Below, one piece after another: positions 42,535 to 56,852 of a stretch of 64,000 bases of DNA. This DNA is from Iphione sp. A-MEVVRFRX5 (taxonomy: Eukaryota). The position numbers were made by a program, and so were the translations under genes. Every line of letters starts with the position of its first letter. Within the stretch, counting starts at the first letter, position 1. Below the pieces are notes generated by a model. It was not told the DNA's origin. It saw nothing but the letters and a program-made list of their open reading frames with translations, and made no database searches. The stretch is taken from contig OZ320318.1 in the NCBI GenBank assembly GCA_976226885.1, positions 26,598,001-26,662,000 of the forward strand. Direction: 5' to 3'.

Positions 42535-44956
42535 ATAAGTGTCCCCCATTGTTAGGGTAACATGATTGTTCTGTATGTTTTTCATCGATCGTGTCAAATT
42601 TCCCAGGTTTATTCTCTAAGAAGATATGCAGTTGCAGGTGCTAAGAAGAACAGGAGTAACGTACTTGTATTTCCCTGATATGCAAGCCAGCAAAATATAA
42701 GGATTGCATGCTGTTCACTAGAGTTTCTTTAGGTCCTCTTTGGGTTTCATCTTGCTTTTGTTAATTTCTTCCCTTTCGACCGTGGGAACGAACCAATCCT
42801 ATGTACCTCTCCTTCCTGAAGGACTTAACTCCGGTCGGGATTAAGTACGAGATCAGGAGTACATATAAACATACAATGGAATCCCGCGGCTTTAATCCCT
42901 CTGGATATATAACCGGAGTCAGACCGATCACATATAATCCGGAAAGTAGCGTTTGCATAGGGAATATATGCATTATGTCGACCCGCTATGCGCATACCTG
43001 TACACAAAAGAAATGGCGCCCTCCAGCATGGACTATACGGGGGACAATCAGCCATCTGCTGTATATGCAGATTGTCATGCTTTATCACGCATATCTCTGT
43101 GTATTTACATATATAACACAAATGTAGAGAAGCTATTTAAATAGCTCTGTGGAACGGCTGCACTGGCAACGCACTCCCTTAAATCAACTGTGTACTTCAC
43201 TGGCAGCAGGCCATCTCTACAACTGAACAACCAGCTGGGAGCAGGCCAATGACGCCCATGTATGTATAACTACATATGTGGCGAGACACGGTTCTGATAT
43301 ACAAAGAGTTAAATGTATACCCGACTGCTTTTGGAAGCCCACTACATTTGATTATATGTTGCAGCGTAAATCGCAGATTGCAGCCCAGAAATAAGGGGGG
43401 TGAATGTATCATTTAAGATGGTTATTTGAAAAAAAAAAACAAAATTTGCCGCCTCGATTACTTCTATTTATATTCCGTGTTTGGAAAGTTTACACTAAAA
43501 CTAATAGATTAGCAGTAGTCTTTCGTGTAAGTTCAAGTCACCAAGAAAAACCCCAGGACGATATTTCCTACTATGAAATACCTCGATATTTTTTTTAATG
43601 AATAAAAGTTTGTGTAGGCCTAGATATTCATCTCCGATGAGGGAAAACGTCTCCTATTGGAAACGTTCTCTTCAACTACTACTGCTTTTGCTGTTGGTGT
43701 GGGTATTTGTTCTATACCACATTACCGGTGAGTATCTCTACATGTACGTGTACACCTGTACATGTATTTTCTAGATAAAGTAGGACAGTTGGTGTATCGT
43801 GTGATGATTTGTCAGAAGTAGACACTCGAAGGGCTCTCATCCTGGCGGTAGATTAGGGTATTAGTTCAAGGTGCACTGAGATATTTATTTAAAAATCTCC
43901 TACCTCCCCAAATAATTCGGGATTATCTTGTCTGTATACTACACGACAGGTGTTGCACACGAGGATATATCAGTCGGTGCTATCTCTATATTCGTGAGCA
44001 ACCCTGACGTACCCTCACGGAGGGAAGGAAAAGGGGAGCAACTATGTTCATGAACTACCGCTGCAAGAGCAATAACTGACTACAGTCTAAGAATATCTGA
44101 GCTTATCTATTCACTGAAATATAAAACGTTGACAAGAATCTGGAAGCAGAATCCTTTCACGTGTAGACATGAAGAAAACCTTTGAAATTTTCATTTCCGG
44201 GGAAACACTTTAGATGCTATCCCAATGTGTAACTGTTGTTGTATATTAATAATCTACAGTTTGGGGATTGTCTTTTCCCTTTTTGCATATTGTTACATAT
44301 AGATGTACTGCAGAGGCGTTGGGCCTAGATATTGCTACAGGCAGTATACAGAGACTTATTTCAGTTATATTACTGAGATGTGATACGCGACTTTCTTTTG
44401 GATATTACTTGATTTGTTTCTTTCGAAGCTACATTTATACCTGTGCCTTCATGAGATGTACATGATATACGGAGATTTTTTATCCAATTCTCTATTCTGT
44501 AAAATATGATGATACTGTCTGCAGAGCAATAAACCATTGTTACTGAAACGTTTAGACCGGAGAATTTCTACATGTGGTGCATGCACATATCTACAGAGGT
44601 CAATCGCTACAAAAAAAATACGACAGTTCCTGGTTATCATGACACACTCCAGATGAATAATGCTCGGTAATGTTTATTCTGGGCGATTGCATACCGTCTG
44701 ACCCATTGTTTCTCTTGTCAACAAGACCTTTTCTCAACCGGAGTCATACTTATCCCATGGAGCAGATACGTTGTGCATCTAATTTTGTAAACACATATTT
44801 AAAGATGTGCATCAACATGTTATGGTGTTCCTTCGCGTAAACACGGAGAAGATGAGCTCAAAATCATTGGGGGAAATACATCTCCCTGCTCAATACAAAC
44901 AAGCAGTCTGTGAGACAGAAGTTTAGAACAGAATTTTCTGTTAATGTAATCAGCAC

Positions 44957-45295
44957 TGTAATACTCACGGTCCTGAGATCAGGTTCTCGCCGTAACTGTG
45001 AGGAAGCCCTCTGTCCTGTAATTCCCTAGGCATTGGGCATAGGCTCTTGGCTGCACCTCTCTCTCTCTCTATTAAGTAGACCAGGCGCATTCTCCATGGG
45101 CACTCTCCCAAGAGAGAATGAATGTCAAGTCTGGTGAACGAACGTCTCCGGGGAGGCCAGTATAAACACGGATGTCGGTGGGTTCCCTCGTCACGTTCCG
45201 TCCTCGAGACCCGCCTCTGGCCTTCGCTGGGATAACGCCCTCTCTCTCTCCTGACGGTCACAGCGTCAACTCCAGCCACAGGCTGAGCTTTAACA
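44957..45295. mobile_element. Candidate solo LTR
   Basis: TGT...ACA termini, near-identical 5-bp flanks AGCAC (44952-44956) and GGCAC (45296-45300), GC-rich body with TATAAA at 45161 and CT tracts. Confidence 0.45.
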
Positions 45296-48200
45296 GGCAC
45301 CAGTGACAGCCAGAAGGGCTGGATTTTGTTTTTTCCCCCGCTCTCACTAAGTATGTGAATGATATGAGGTCAAATGCTACACGTAGCCAGACACACTTGG
45401 TCTGCGTGGTTTTGACAGGCCTTCACTACATGTACGTCTCTGCATGCCCGCCGTCTGTATGATGGTGCAAAGTCTTTTTGTACAAGAGTGTATCGAAATT
45501 TCTTTGCATCGGGCGCGCCCGCTCTCCTGCTCGGTGACATTTTGTCCGTATGAATGTGTACAGGTGCGTTTCCTCACAGGAAGGAAAGGATATGGTTACA
45601 AAAGGACTTCTAAAAACTGTAATTTGTGGTTACTCGCAGAGGGATGGCGGCAAAAAGAAACGGCCAGCTGTGAAAGACTGCACTAGTGTGGCGGTGATAG
45701 ATGATTAGGGAGTGAAGAATGCCTTTCCGCCGAATAATACGGACAACGGAATGGTGAGCCTGTTTAGGTGAGAGGTCAGGTGAACAGTTATCCTATACAC
45801 CCACATAAACCTTCTCGAAGTCAGTGAGTGAACCAAGATTGTTCTGGCGCAATCTGAAGTTACGTTGTTAAGTGACTTATTACGCTCCGAATGCCTGCAC
45901 CATGTGAGTTTGTGTTTGTACATGTACGTTTGCCCGACCCCGCTTCTATAACAGCCCCACACGACATTATAGGCCTACCTAAGGCACCTATAGTATCTGC
46001 TCTCCTCCTAATGTACCTAATATACTCCTCTCTTTCAGACTATCATGAACTCTGTTCTCAACTTCTTGCTTATGACCTGACTTCTGACGCTGCTTTGCAT
46101 CTTCAGTTCTCAAGACTCCCCCTTCATTGTGGAGTAAGACGCTTTGTAAAGTCCATGGACTTAGCAGGCTGAAAATGGGATTGTGATTTGAATATCAACC
46201 GCTTCAGCTAGGCATTAGCTTACTACGGCCAGTGGTCAGGAACGTGTCCGGCATGGGACAGGGGCAGACTGTCGTAATTACTGCCAGATACCCCCAGTGT
46301 TAAGGTGAAGGTAAACACTTTTCAAATACTGCTTGTCATATACATCAGATAAACATCATATCTTGGGTAGGTAATTGGTTTGCCGGATATTAAGTATTCT
46401 ATTCTATCTAAAGGGGGCAATGAAGGCTTAAGTTTGGTGGTTTTGACACCCATGCACCTACTGGTTCCAGTATCTATAAGGGTTAGGCTCAGCTGATTTT
46501 TCAGCTGGTTACGCTGATGGGCGCATGATAGACCAGTTTTACTGCAATGTATAAATGTATAACTACATATGTATATATACATACGCTCACACGGAACCCA
46601 CAATGTGCTGTATATTTCTTAGAGCAGTTTTCAACCTCCAGGTTGTATTTCTGTACCATACTAAACTGTTTCGCTTCATATTTGAAATTATATACATATA
46701 TCCTATATTAATATCATGTGCAGACATTTGCCTAGAACCTTCTTGTGGCCCACGTGGACATTTTCCAGTCTTCTCACGGACAAAGTGAATTCCAATACGT
46801 CAGATTTGAATTTAACTTTAGAAGAATAATCTCACTGTGCTCAAAACAGATCTAAAAATTATTTCGCGTACGTTAAGAATAGATTAAGAAAGCAATCCAA
46901 GCTCGCTCTGAAGCAAACTAACAACAAGAAAATGGTAGTATGGCTGGAGAAACCAGTGTACATGTTGAATCGGTACATTCGTATAGTAGGCCTAACTGCA
47001 CATCTACATGTAATATACGAGTGTTTCCATTAAATAAACCACAAAATGTAATCTGAAAAAAAGAATCACTAGGTATTTTCCTTGCCTCTCACATTTCTCT
47101 TTGTACTACCCTCCTGCCAATATGAATACGGAAAAACCCTATAGCTATATGGAAGAGCCATTCCGATTCTGTATGGTTGGACCTATGCATGATAATCTCC
47201 ACAAATATGTGGAGTCACGGAATATAAAAAGCTCGGCGCAAGTTAAAGACAAAATTGATGATCGGAAATATTTACCTTTTTCACACGAAACTTGTCGGCC
47301 AACATTTTGCGTGATCCCAGACCTCAGCCTCTTAAATCTATTGGACCACGGGATGATGAGGGACATCACCGGTCTCTGATCTATTAGTCACATTAAATCC
47401 TTGGTGACTCGGCGAAAATTGACAGTTAACAGCCGGTCTGATTCTCATCGAAATGATCAAAGTAGGCGACCGCTACAGCCGATCCACTGCGAAAATAAAA
47501 TGGAAAACCTCATAAATGATAAGTGCCGTTTTTTCTGTTTTCCAATGTTTTCCCCTCAGGATCTTTTTAAGTATCGAAAGTTTCTTCGGTTTCCAGCTCG
47601 TTGATGACTGCCTTTCAGGTTTTGGATTTAAACATTGGATTCCCTCAGCCAGTGGAAGGGCCACTGGAAATGGTGAGGGTGGCAACGATGAGAGCGTCCG
47701 TTGGCAGCCGGGGTAGGAGATTCAGCCACGGGATGTTTTGAGTTGCTCTCAGGACTGGAGGAAGATTTGAGAGCAACTGTCGCGGCGCTCGCCCGTGGAC
47801 GCCTGATTGAATGGTACGGCCAAGACTGCTAGTCACATGATCCTAGGGCGCCTCGGCCAAAACCTCGAGTTGCTTAGTGCTCTCGGTATTTCTCAGAGTT
47901 CGGCTTCGTTTTTTTTTCACAGTGTCGGTTTTAGTGTCATCTTCCTAAGGCGAGTGACTCCTCCAACAATATTGCGAGACCGTGTTTAAATATAAGGAAA
48001 GAATAGAGAGAACGAAACACGGAAAGGTAGAGGCAATCCTTGAATCTGCAATCATGATTTCATCAGGTCCCCTCTGGAAGCGTTCCTTGTCACTATGTAA
48101 AAGCTGTAGTGTCCAGCAGAATAGAGATTCCAGAAGATACCACTATATTTAAAGTCTCTCTGTTTGTGACAACGGCATTTGGTCAAGGGAATGACATAGG

Positions 48201-48839
48201 CGTCCCCACTGTTTGCAGACACCTGGAGGTACATGCATTTCATCTCCATTTGAGTGTAAGGACATTATCCTATGATAGAATAAATCATCCGGGGTCCGTG
48301 GCTCCCTCTATCGATAAGCCAAGAATAGCATCAGTTATACTGACAAAAAACGGTGGCAGAAACAAAGGTCTGTTGGATGGCAAGGAGTATTTTATGATGT
48401 ACATGTAGCAATCCCCAGTAACAGCCCGGTTCTAGGCTTACCGTACCCCCGGGGACTAATAATGGCATACAAGCATTACGTCTGTGCTGGTCTGCGTGAT
48501 AGTAGCGGTTCTCTGGAACGGGAATCTTTTAGCGAAGAGCGTAATTGGTCAATTTCCTACTACAGGGCGGCGTCCACTCAGCACACACACCTTAAAACAT
48601 CCTTTCCTTCGATAAATACAATTATACATTCCAAACAATTAGCTTTCATGGCAAGACTCAATTTTTGGGGTGTGCCTTTTTTTCTTTTTTATGCTTTTGC
48701 ATTCCGTCATTCGGTTTAGCTTATGTGATAGATGGATTCGATTTATTCTCCTGGTCTCCAACATGTCGTTCTACCACGTTCGGGCGAAATGTGAATAAGT
48801 AGTTATTGTTTATTGGACCTGCACGTCAATTTGCAGAAC

Positions 48840-48974
48840 NNNNNNNNNNNNNNNNNNNNNNNNNNNNNNNNNNNNNNNNNNNNNNNNNNNNNNNNNNNNN
48901 NNNNNNNNNNNNNNNNNNNNNNNNNNNNNNNNNNNNNNNNNNNNNNNNNNNNNNNNNNNNNNNNNNNNNNNNNN
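48840..48974. other. Assembly gap (135 N)
   Basis: Run of N. Confidence 1.
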
Positions 48975-49789
48975 ACAAACATTTGTCTTACCATCTCATT
49001 TTCCATATACCACACCATACCCTTGCCACCATCAAATTTGATAAAGACCGGCACTGTAAAAGACCTGAAGAACTCAAAGTCTTAAAGTCTATCGGAGTAA
49101 TCATTGGATAGACGAGCATAGGCCATGTAAATTATATTCAGTACGTTAGCATAGCATTGTGCTGTAACCTAAGTTTAAGGCCGAAAGGTAGCCTATCCCA
49201 CGTTAACTAATGTCACAAATTGGTAGAAACTGAACCCTATTATATGTAGTTCCAAGTGCTATATATACATATAAACAATAATCGGGACCACAGTCTGATT
49301 TCGCCACACTTGTAATATGTCACCCAAATAATGCCACCATCCAGCGCCATTTTTTATCTAGTGGTGATGCATGGCTTAAATTCCCTAGTATTTGAACCGC
49401 AGTTAGCAGCCCGGACAGGTTATTCCGCTATGTCTCAAGTTCTAATGCTTTTTTGATCTGGAACGGCATTAGAAATACGGCTTTTATACACAGTTTAATG
49501 ATGCTTTCAAGCCATGAAATTTCCCTAGTGTCTTTCCTGTCAAACACGGTTGACAATGATCTGTGCTTGGTACTGGAGGTGATTTTACGTCATCGTAAGT
49601 ACATGTACAGTGACTCTTCTCATGCATGATGTTCAGTTCACATAGCGTATGATCATGTTTTGTCTCATACATGTATATAATATCAGGACTTTTTTTATTC
49701 GAAATGCGCTCATAAACGCAGTCGAACGTTCCTTTGTGTGTGTAGGCCTATCTGGTTATTCCCGTCTGTCTGTGTGTCTGTGTGTGTAT

Positions 49790-49798
49790 CTCTCTTTC

Positions 49799-49829
<31 letters not shown>

Positions 49830-49843
49830 TTCTTTCTCTCTCT
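49790..49843. repeat. (CT)n microsatellite
   Basis: Directly visible. Confidence 0.9.
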
Positions 49844-52800
49844 CTAACTTTCTCATGGTTTCACCTAATGGATACAAAGGTTTATAATTATGATTAGGTT
49901 TTCCTTTATTTCTTGGGCCACTTGCACAAAATATGAACGTAAGTGGAGACACGAGAGAGAGTAGTGCGAAAACATCTTGCTTTCATATAAAATTCATCAA
50001 AAGTTATCAGAGGAAATAAACATGCAACAAACATTATAATAACGTGTCCCTTACAACACTGCCGGTAAGCTGACAAAGCATCCTGACAAACATGATCGGC
50101 TATGTGTATCTTTTCAGTGTGTATGTAGGTTGATTAGCCTATACAAAGTTCACCTTATAATACACATCAATCTGTGACGTGCATCAATGACCCTTCCATC
50201 ACGACATGTTCGGGTCTCCGGCCACTACCCTCAGGTCGGCCCGCTACGGCTTCCAGTATGGATAATACACCTCCTAATGGACATGGATGTATAATGTGAA
50301 ATGGCGGTCGTCGTTAACCTTGACGTCATAGGAAGTAGTGATTATGGAAGGTAATGATCGAATGAGTGCACCATTCCGGGAAGACAACGCTGTTTTTATG
50401 AATGGTGTATCCTATGTCCAATATGTGCTTTGATGTTCTTATGATTCATATAGAATCATCTTTCCTTCTCCAACATAGCCTATGTTACTGTTATAAAAGG
50501 GAGGTCCGTTGTTCGAGTCACGTCTTTTATTACTGTTGAATCTGAGACCCAACACAAAACATGTTTTTAAACCACAAGTTGCTTCTTATAAACTGGGACC
50601 TGAAAATAGATGTTGCCGATTATAAGATGTTAAATACCTATGAGAGTGTTACGTCCACTCGGTAATAAAGACACGATCCGCACGCCATTCTAAGTTTACG
50701 AGTTGTTTATTACAAGAGAGGTCGAGATCAACTGACAACTGACTGGATGGGGAGCCAGTATTTCTACAGGGATGATAAGCCCCTCCATCCGCACGCCGCA
50801 CGACACCATCCGCATCCACCGGATGCTGCACTCCGCACATGCCCAGGTAAACATTAGGGCTGTAGGTTGGTGGGTGTCTTTTTCAATATTAATTGATTAT
50901 GAAAGCAAGAAATGTCTATGATAATATCCCTTGTCCGGAAACTGATACCATATGAAAGTCGATGATCGAAGCAACAAGATGGTGTATAGTATGTGTCTAT
51001 ATCTTTATTCATTCTCAGGACATCCACAAAACCAAAAACAAAATTAAAAAGTTACAACTGGCCACAATGTAGGGTCATGCAGTCGGGTTACCGGAAACAC
51101 CGATATTTTTTCACTAGGCCTACAGGAGAACTTGTCATAAATTGAATAAAGCAACAATAAGTCTGGATGTTGGTCCCAGATCTGTGTAGACCCCTGCATG
51201 TAGGCCTAGTGATGCATTTCATCTTCATATTAAGAAATATGGAGAACAATGGATATATTCCCGTGTACACGGTCTTCCCTTGTACACGCATTCAAAATAA
51301 CAGGCAGAGTGCCTCCTTCGGGCCACCTTGATGTCTAAAATCAGTGCATCACGCATAGCCGATCAGCTTATCCTTAAAGGCCTACGTTGTATCTGGACAC
51401 ATGAGTAGGTGGTTTGTACATTCTTGCCCGACTGTTAGCGCATATGCTTCAAGTTAGTCCCAGAGTTAACTAGCTCAGGTTTAAGCCAGTTGAGTTTATT
51501 CTTCTGATGGGATTAATTTAGTGGCGATATTTTAAACGTGCTATAACTCTATCCTTCATCATAGACATGGAAACAAATAGTTATGACGCATTCTCTTTCT
51601 AAGTGCCTGAGCTTTTACTTGGTATATGTTTCCGTAATCCCACCATTGGAAGTGATGGAATGGCCTTGGACAACGTGATATGTTTCGTGTGCTGCCTAGA
51701 TTAAAAGTTAATCTTACTAGGTGAGTAGGATAAGTCAGGCCCGGTTTCTTTACCTCCAGAGCTGTCTATGTGCATAGTGGTGCAGTGCAGTGTATATTTA
51801 AAGAACAGGTTGGTATAATTGCAGGGTGCTCCTTACCTGCATTGGTGTTCAGTTGCATTATACCTTGTTTTACCTTGCATATGTTTGTTTTCACTGGATG
51901 CTTAATAAATTCCGGCCCATGCAGCCTCATACATGAGTAGAACAGTGGATACATGTATCCTTTGTTGGAGGCAACTAAACCTATGTTTAAGTAGAATAAC
52001 ATGACTCTGCACATGTCTACACGTCTGCACGTCCCGATCAAATTCAGCAGTATTTATACTTTTTCCAGCCAAATGCGCAGCTTTTTGCCACTTTTCCTAT
52101 CAACTTTGCTGGTTTTCATATATTTTCAAGTCAAATTTGCCACTTTTTACGTCAATTTCCCATTTTTCATATTGTATCCCTTCACGCATGCACTGCTCCA
52201 CAAGCGCCCTTAATAGACAGCCCTGGGCATGATGCTCCTGGGAAAAAGAAGTACACGGTACCATATGGGCACTGCATCTGGAGGTGACTGCACAGAGAGC
52301 CCTTGTCCCATCAGATTGACATGAAAATGTCACTCTTGCAAAAGTATTCATTATTTAGTCCCATGGGGCTAATTTTCCTAGGATCAAGTCCGGATTAACT
52401 GTGACTACAATCGCTCATAGATATGTCCTGATTTTTCCTTGATATTATGGCTACATATCTCACGATGAAAATACAATTCCTCAGTGGCACCTGATTATCT
52501 CCTATAAATAGATCGACCTACCTATGCTAACTATGACACACTTTCCTGCATTCCTACTGGTAGTTCCATTGTCATGTTATAATTTCATCAGCAGATACTC
52601 TCGTATATAAATTCATGGGTTTTTTATCCATTGCTCGCCATGTCTAGCTAGTTTCGCAAGACTTAAAGATCTGAATCCTGCTTCAGTTGATTTTTCGATA
52701 AAACCGAGAGATTTACTCTGTGAAAAGGCAAACATTTATTTCTGGAATGCTACAAGACAGAAAACAATGTTTCTCAAATGTTCCGAGTTGACCATATAGT

Positions 52801-55800
52801 ATGTTATCATAGTGTCTTATTCATCCCTCCCCACTGAAAAACAGGTTTATGGTTAGCTATATGGTCAGCGTTCCTCACCAACACGCTTCCATTACGGTGA
52901 GAGGAGGCCAGTAGTGACATAGAGAAATATAGAAGGCAGCCATGCTTTAATTTACATTCAGGGCTCGATATCCAAACAACTATGATCTGAATGTAAATGA
53001 TATCTGCATGTATAAAACTGTTACCACTGGTGTTTAAGGCATAATCGACTTGTGAATGGAATAACAAGTGATGGCGGTCGTTCAGTCCTGGCTGTATATA
53101 CCTACATATACACGCCAGTTGTCGGGACTTCATTGTTTTTAGCAGTTGACTCTTCAGACAGACACACCACAACCGAGTAATGATGTTCCTATCACGGCTG
53201 TGCTCTCCCAAAGGTACACATGCAAAGCAATATAAATCTTATATGTGCATGTTATGTACTGGTACCTTAACTTTGAGTTAAAGTACTACTTTTATGCTAT
53301 TTTACGATGTTAACCTTCAGCATACATAACCACTGCTGAATGATACCCATTTGAGTTGACCATTTACATTTGTAAATTCAAGCAATTAAAAGGGCATTTC
53401 TTACCTGTGGACGACTCCATGACTATGGTAAGAGTGTTGACATTTTCCATTCGATGGTAAATGTAGTGGGTTTCAGAAAAGATTAACTGAACCACGTATA
53501 AACATATTGACATAGTCAATCACACAGATTCTCTGAATTTCTATTAAAATCGGAATGATAGTAAAACACCCAGTGAACATACAATCACATTGAATCCATC
53601 TGTACTTCAACTCGAAGAAATGTGGATCTTTCAGAAATTTACGGTGTAGTTACCTGGCCAGCTGACATTGATTTTTTTTTTTAAATTCCTCATTTACCCA
53701 TCGGTGATGATACGAACATTGAAATGTTTCATTTACCTCCATCCGCGTTTACATCACTGAGGTGTTGATGGTCTTCATAACTATTGCGCTTGGCCCTTTG
53801 GCCAATATTTTTGTATGTAAATGTAAAATGAAAGCAATCCTGTGTTGAAGCGTACAACAGTCTCTTATGCACAGATGCTGTGCAGCCTGTATGGGATATA
53901 GAGAAAATAGGGCCATTCTATGTCAAATCAATGGCTTTAAAAGGGAGCCCCTGCACACTTTCATCTCAGATTTTCTTCAAAACTCTTATCAACTCTTATG
54001 TATCCCTAAATCAGGTATTAAGACAAATCAAGTTTTACCTTAGACAAATCTCGTTTACTCGTAGTGGAGTTTGAGATAGACCTTTAAATTTGTGTTCACT
54101 AAGCTAGTTAGAGCACACTTAGAATATATATTATCACAATAATCACACACAGAAATATGACATGCTCATGAACTTGCAAAAATTTACGATATTTACATCA
54201 GAATGAATGTTTTGGCTTTCCAAGAAGTCTCTTAATCAGATCACTCCGTCTTTTTTCTATGCATACTGATCCATTTGATTACTGTAAAAATCTTTTGAAT
54301 GCGTGGAACATTTGTTGCATTCGCATGGAATGATCCAATAAGCAGTTCCCATGGATGTCTCTGGCGCATATTTACTGCCAGGCATTCTCGTCCACCATGG
54401 GATGAAAGATAATTTGTAAGTACAAAATTAACGTCTTTTTATCCTCGAACGAGTGTAACCTTTTTCAGTGCTAAGGCGTTCTCATTCTGAGTCCTCCGTT
54501 TGAACGTCATGATAGGTACTCCGACTACAATTTCTATGGATTTTCTCCGTTGAATGGATGGACATTGCACATACCAGATAGCATTTCTGTGTCCAGCCAC
54601 TGTTCACCACTTTTTAACAGGCGGCGGGCCCTTCAGTTGGTGGCAAGGATGCATTGAGTAAGTCTAAGAGCCTGAGCTGGCCTGTGTGCAGAGGCCATGA
54701 AGGTCGTACCAACTCAACCCAATTACCAGTGCTCCCCGCTAGGATAGAGAGGGAACCACAGGGATACGCTTCTACAGTGGGCAGGCAGTCTTTCACATCT
54801 GTCCCTTATCTCTCAACACTGGTGTCCTTTATCACCTATATCTGCATAAGGACTTTCTATACTGTACACGAGCCACTAAAACATTCCTCGATGACAGCTT
54901 GTCTGTCAAAGATATATAACCCAGCAGGTCTCTGGGGTATATCGGTATCTCTGTCCTTAGCGTGATGTAAGATATTTAAAGATATAGTTGCTGAAATGGT
55001 CGGGAAAGTTTTTCGTTAACCTAAAGTCGTGCGGTACTCTGGCGTTGAGACCGCAAGTCTCGACAAGCAGACCTGGGGCCTTTGATGGGGGTACTCTTAC
55101 ACCACACCACACTAGCTAAACCTAAAAAAGCTGCTAGTGAAAGAATGCCACATAGATGCAAAGCATAAAGGTAGCGTTATTTAGGTAAATTTCTTGCAAC
55201 TGAGCCATGCCTGTGTGAATTGTGCATTTTCAGGTAATTTCCAAACCAAACCTGTGAATTGCAAAGTTTCTTTTTGTAGAATTCACTGACTGACCCATAA
55301 CTCTGTAAATTATGTAGCTTTTAGGCAAATATGCAAATTAATGTATTTTATTTCATGGTATCTGAAAGGTGGAGGGCCAAGTGCCTACGATGCACTGCAT
55401 TATAACCACCCACCCAGAGCTGACTTGACCAGTGAGGCTAGTTGATATGTCTGGCCTCCCGAGTCCATTTGTCCTCCTCATGCCATGTCCACAAGAGGTA
55501 CATTTACAGATGACCTTGTCAGATCATTGCTGTCGTAATGACACAGCTGGTCGACACTCAGCTTGGAGAGCACCAAAGGAAGAGAGAAGAGGGAGAATAA
55601 AGAAACAGAAGAATGGGAGAAAGAAGAAAACGGGAAATACAAAGGGGCAGATTAACCCATCTAGTGCGTGAGGAATGAATTCAGTTCCATAGCAGCAGCC
55701 CAACGCCAGTTAGATCGGTTGAACTCGTCTTATCCCAGAGATGGCGCCATCTTCTTTAGTGGAAATGACCCAACAGTGTGGTCGAGTTCATAACCTTATT

Positions 55801-56570
55801 TCAAACTTAAGGAATTTATAAGACGTGGGGAAATCATACTGGAGCCAGAGAAGTTGTCCTGGAATACTATCCAGAATCAAACCTAACTTTTGAAGAACAA
55901 ACACGAATACGGTGGATGTTGCAAATTTATTAATACACGTGCAAGTGCTATATTGACAAAGGTTAAGGTAAGGACATTTTGAAGACAGGCCAAATACTAG
56001 CCGCACTAACCTATATGGCACAGGGTAGTAGGCATTAAAGTGACCATATAATAGAGCTATTATCAGAACGACACACCTAGCATTACATAGTCCAAGTCGG
56101 AATTTCCTAAATAAAATGGAATACAGGCAAATATTGACGGGCATGCAATGCTTATATCGTACCATACTGACTTATTGTAGAAGCTCCCAGCCTGGATAAA
56201 CAACCTGCATCGACCAAATAACCCACAAAACCCTCTGATAGTCCTTACAATCACCAGGTTTAGGATATAATAGCAACAGTTAACCCGAAGGTGATAAATA
56301 TGTTATTGAAGTATAATACTATTACGAACCAAAGAATATATCAATTGCCTTAAAAAGGAGAATTCCTTCAATCCGTCCTCTAGCACTTGCCTATTAGGTT
56401 TTCAGGATAGCGGTTATAGTAATTGTTCTGCGCAGGGCAATAACTTCTCTCGATTAACTAGGCGGTGGCGGTGGCGGTGGGACTGCGGCGCCTAGCCACA
56501 GCCAGAGGCGGGCCTTCCAAGGCCGGGCCTTCGGGCCGTGGAGGTAGGATCTTGACGGAAGCCTGGTGCT

Positions 56571-56852
56571 CTACTCGCCGACGATCTTCTCTTCTACCTT
56601 CACCAGGAACTCCACCGTCTCCTCGTTCACCTCCTCGCTGGCACTCTCCAGCTGGTCCGTGTCGACCCCCCGCAGCTCGAGGCGCTTGTCCTTCTCCTGC
56701 TGCCACTCCTTGACGGAGCGCGCCTTCCACTTCTCGTAGTCGGACATCATCTCCCGCCGCTTCTCGATCTGCTCCTTGGAGGCCTTCGACTCGCGCATCT
56801 TGTCCTCCAGCTGGAAGCGCGGGTAGTACTTCTTGATGTTCTTCTTGATCTC
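56571..56852 (-). CDS. EIF3B: eIF3b last coding exon
   Basis: [27 protein letters not shown]...[10 protein letters not shown]...[16 protein letters not shown]; acacag acceptor. Confidence 0.97.
   Translation of the reverse strand, partial: EIKKNIKKYYPRFQLEDKMRESKASKEQIEKRREMMSDYEKWKARSVKEWQQEKDKRLELRGVDTDQLESASEEVNEETVEFLVKVEEKIVGE

Noticed and set aside
55739-55752. Perfect palindrome AGATGGCGCCATCT (back-to-back YY1-like words)
   Set aside because: An isolated short motif with no other promoter evidence.
192-56254. Most remaining short ORFs in the six-frame track
   Set aside because: They are of the size expected by chance in eukaryotic non-coding DNA, often run through microsatellites or the N gap, and carry no recognisable motifs. 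No CRISPR array, rRNA gene or intact tRNA was seen.
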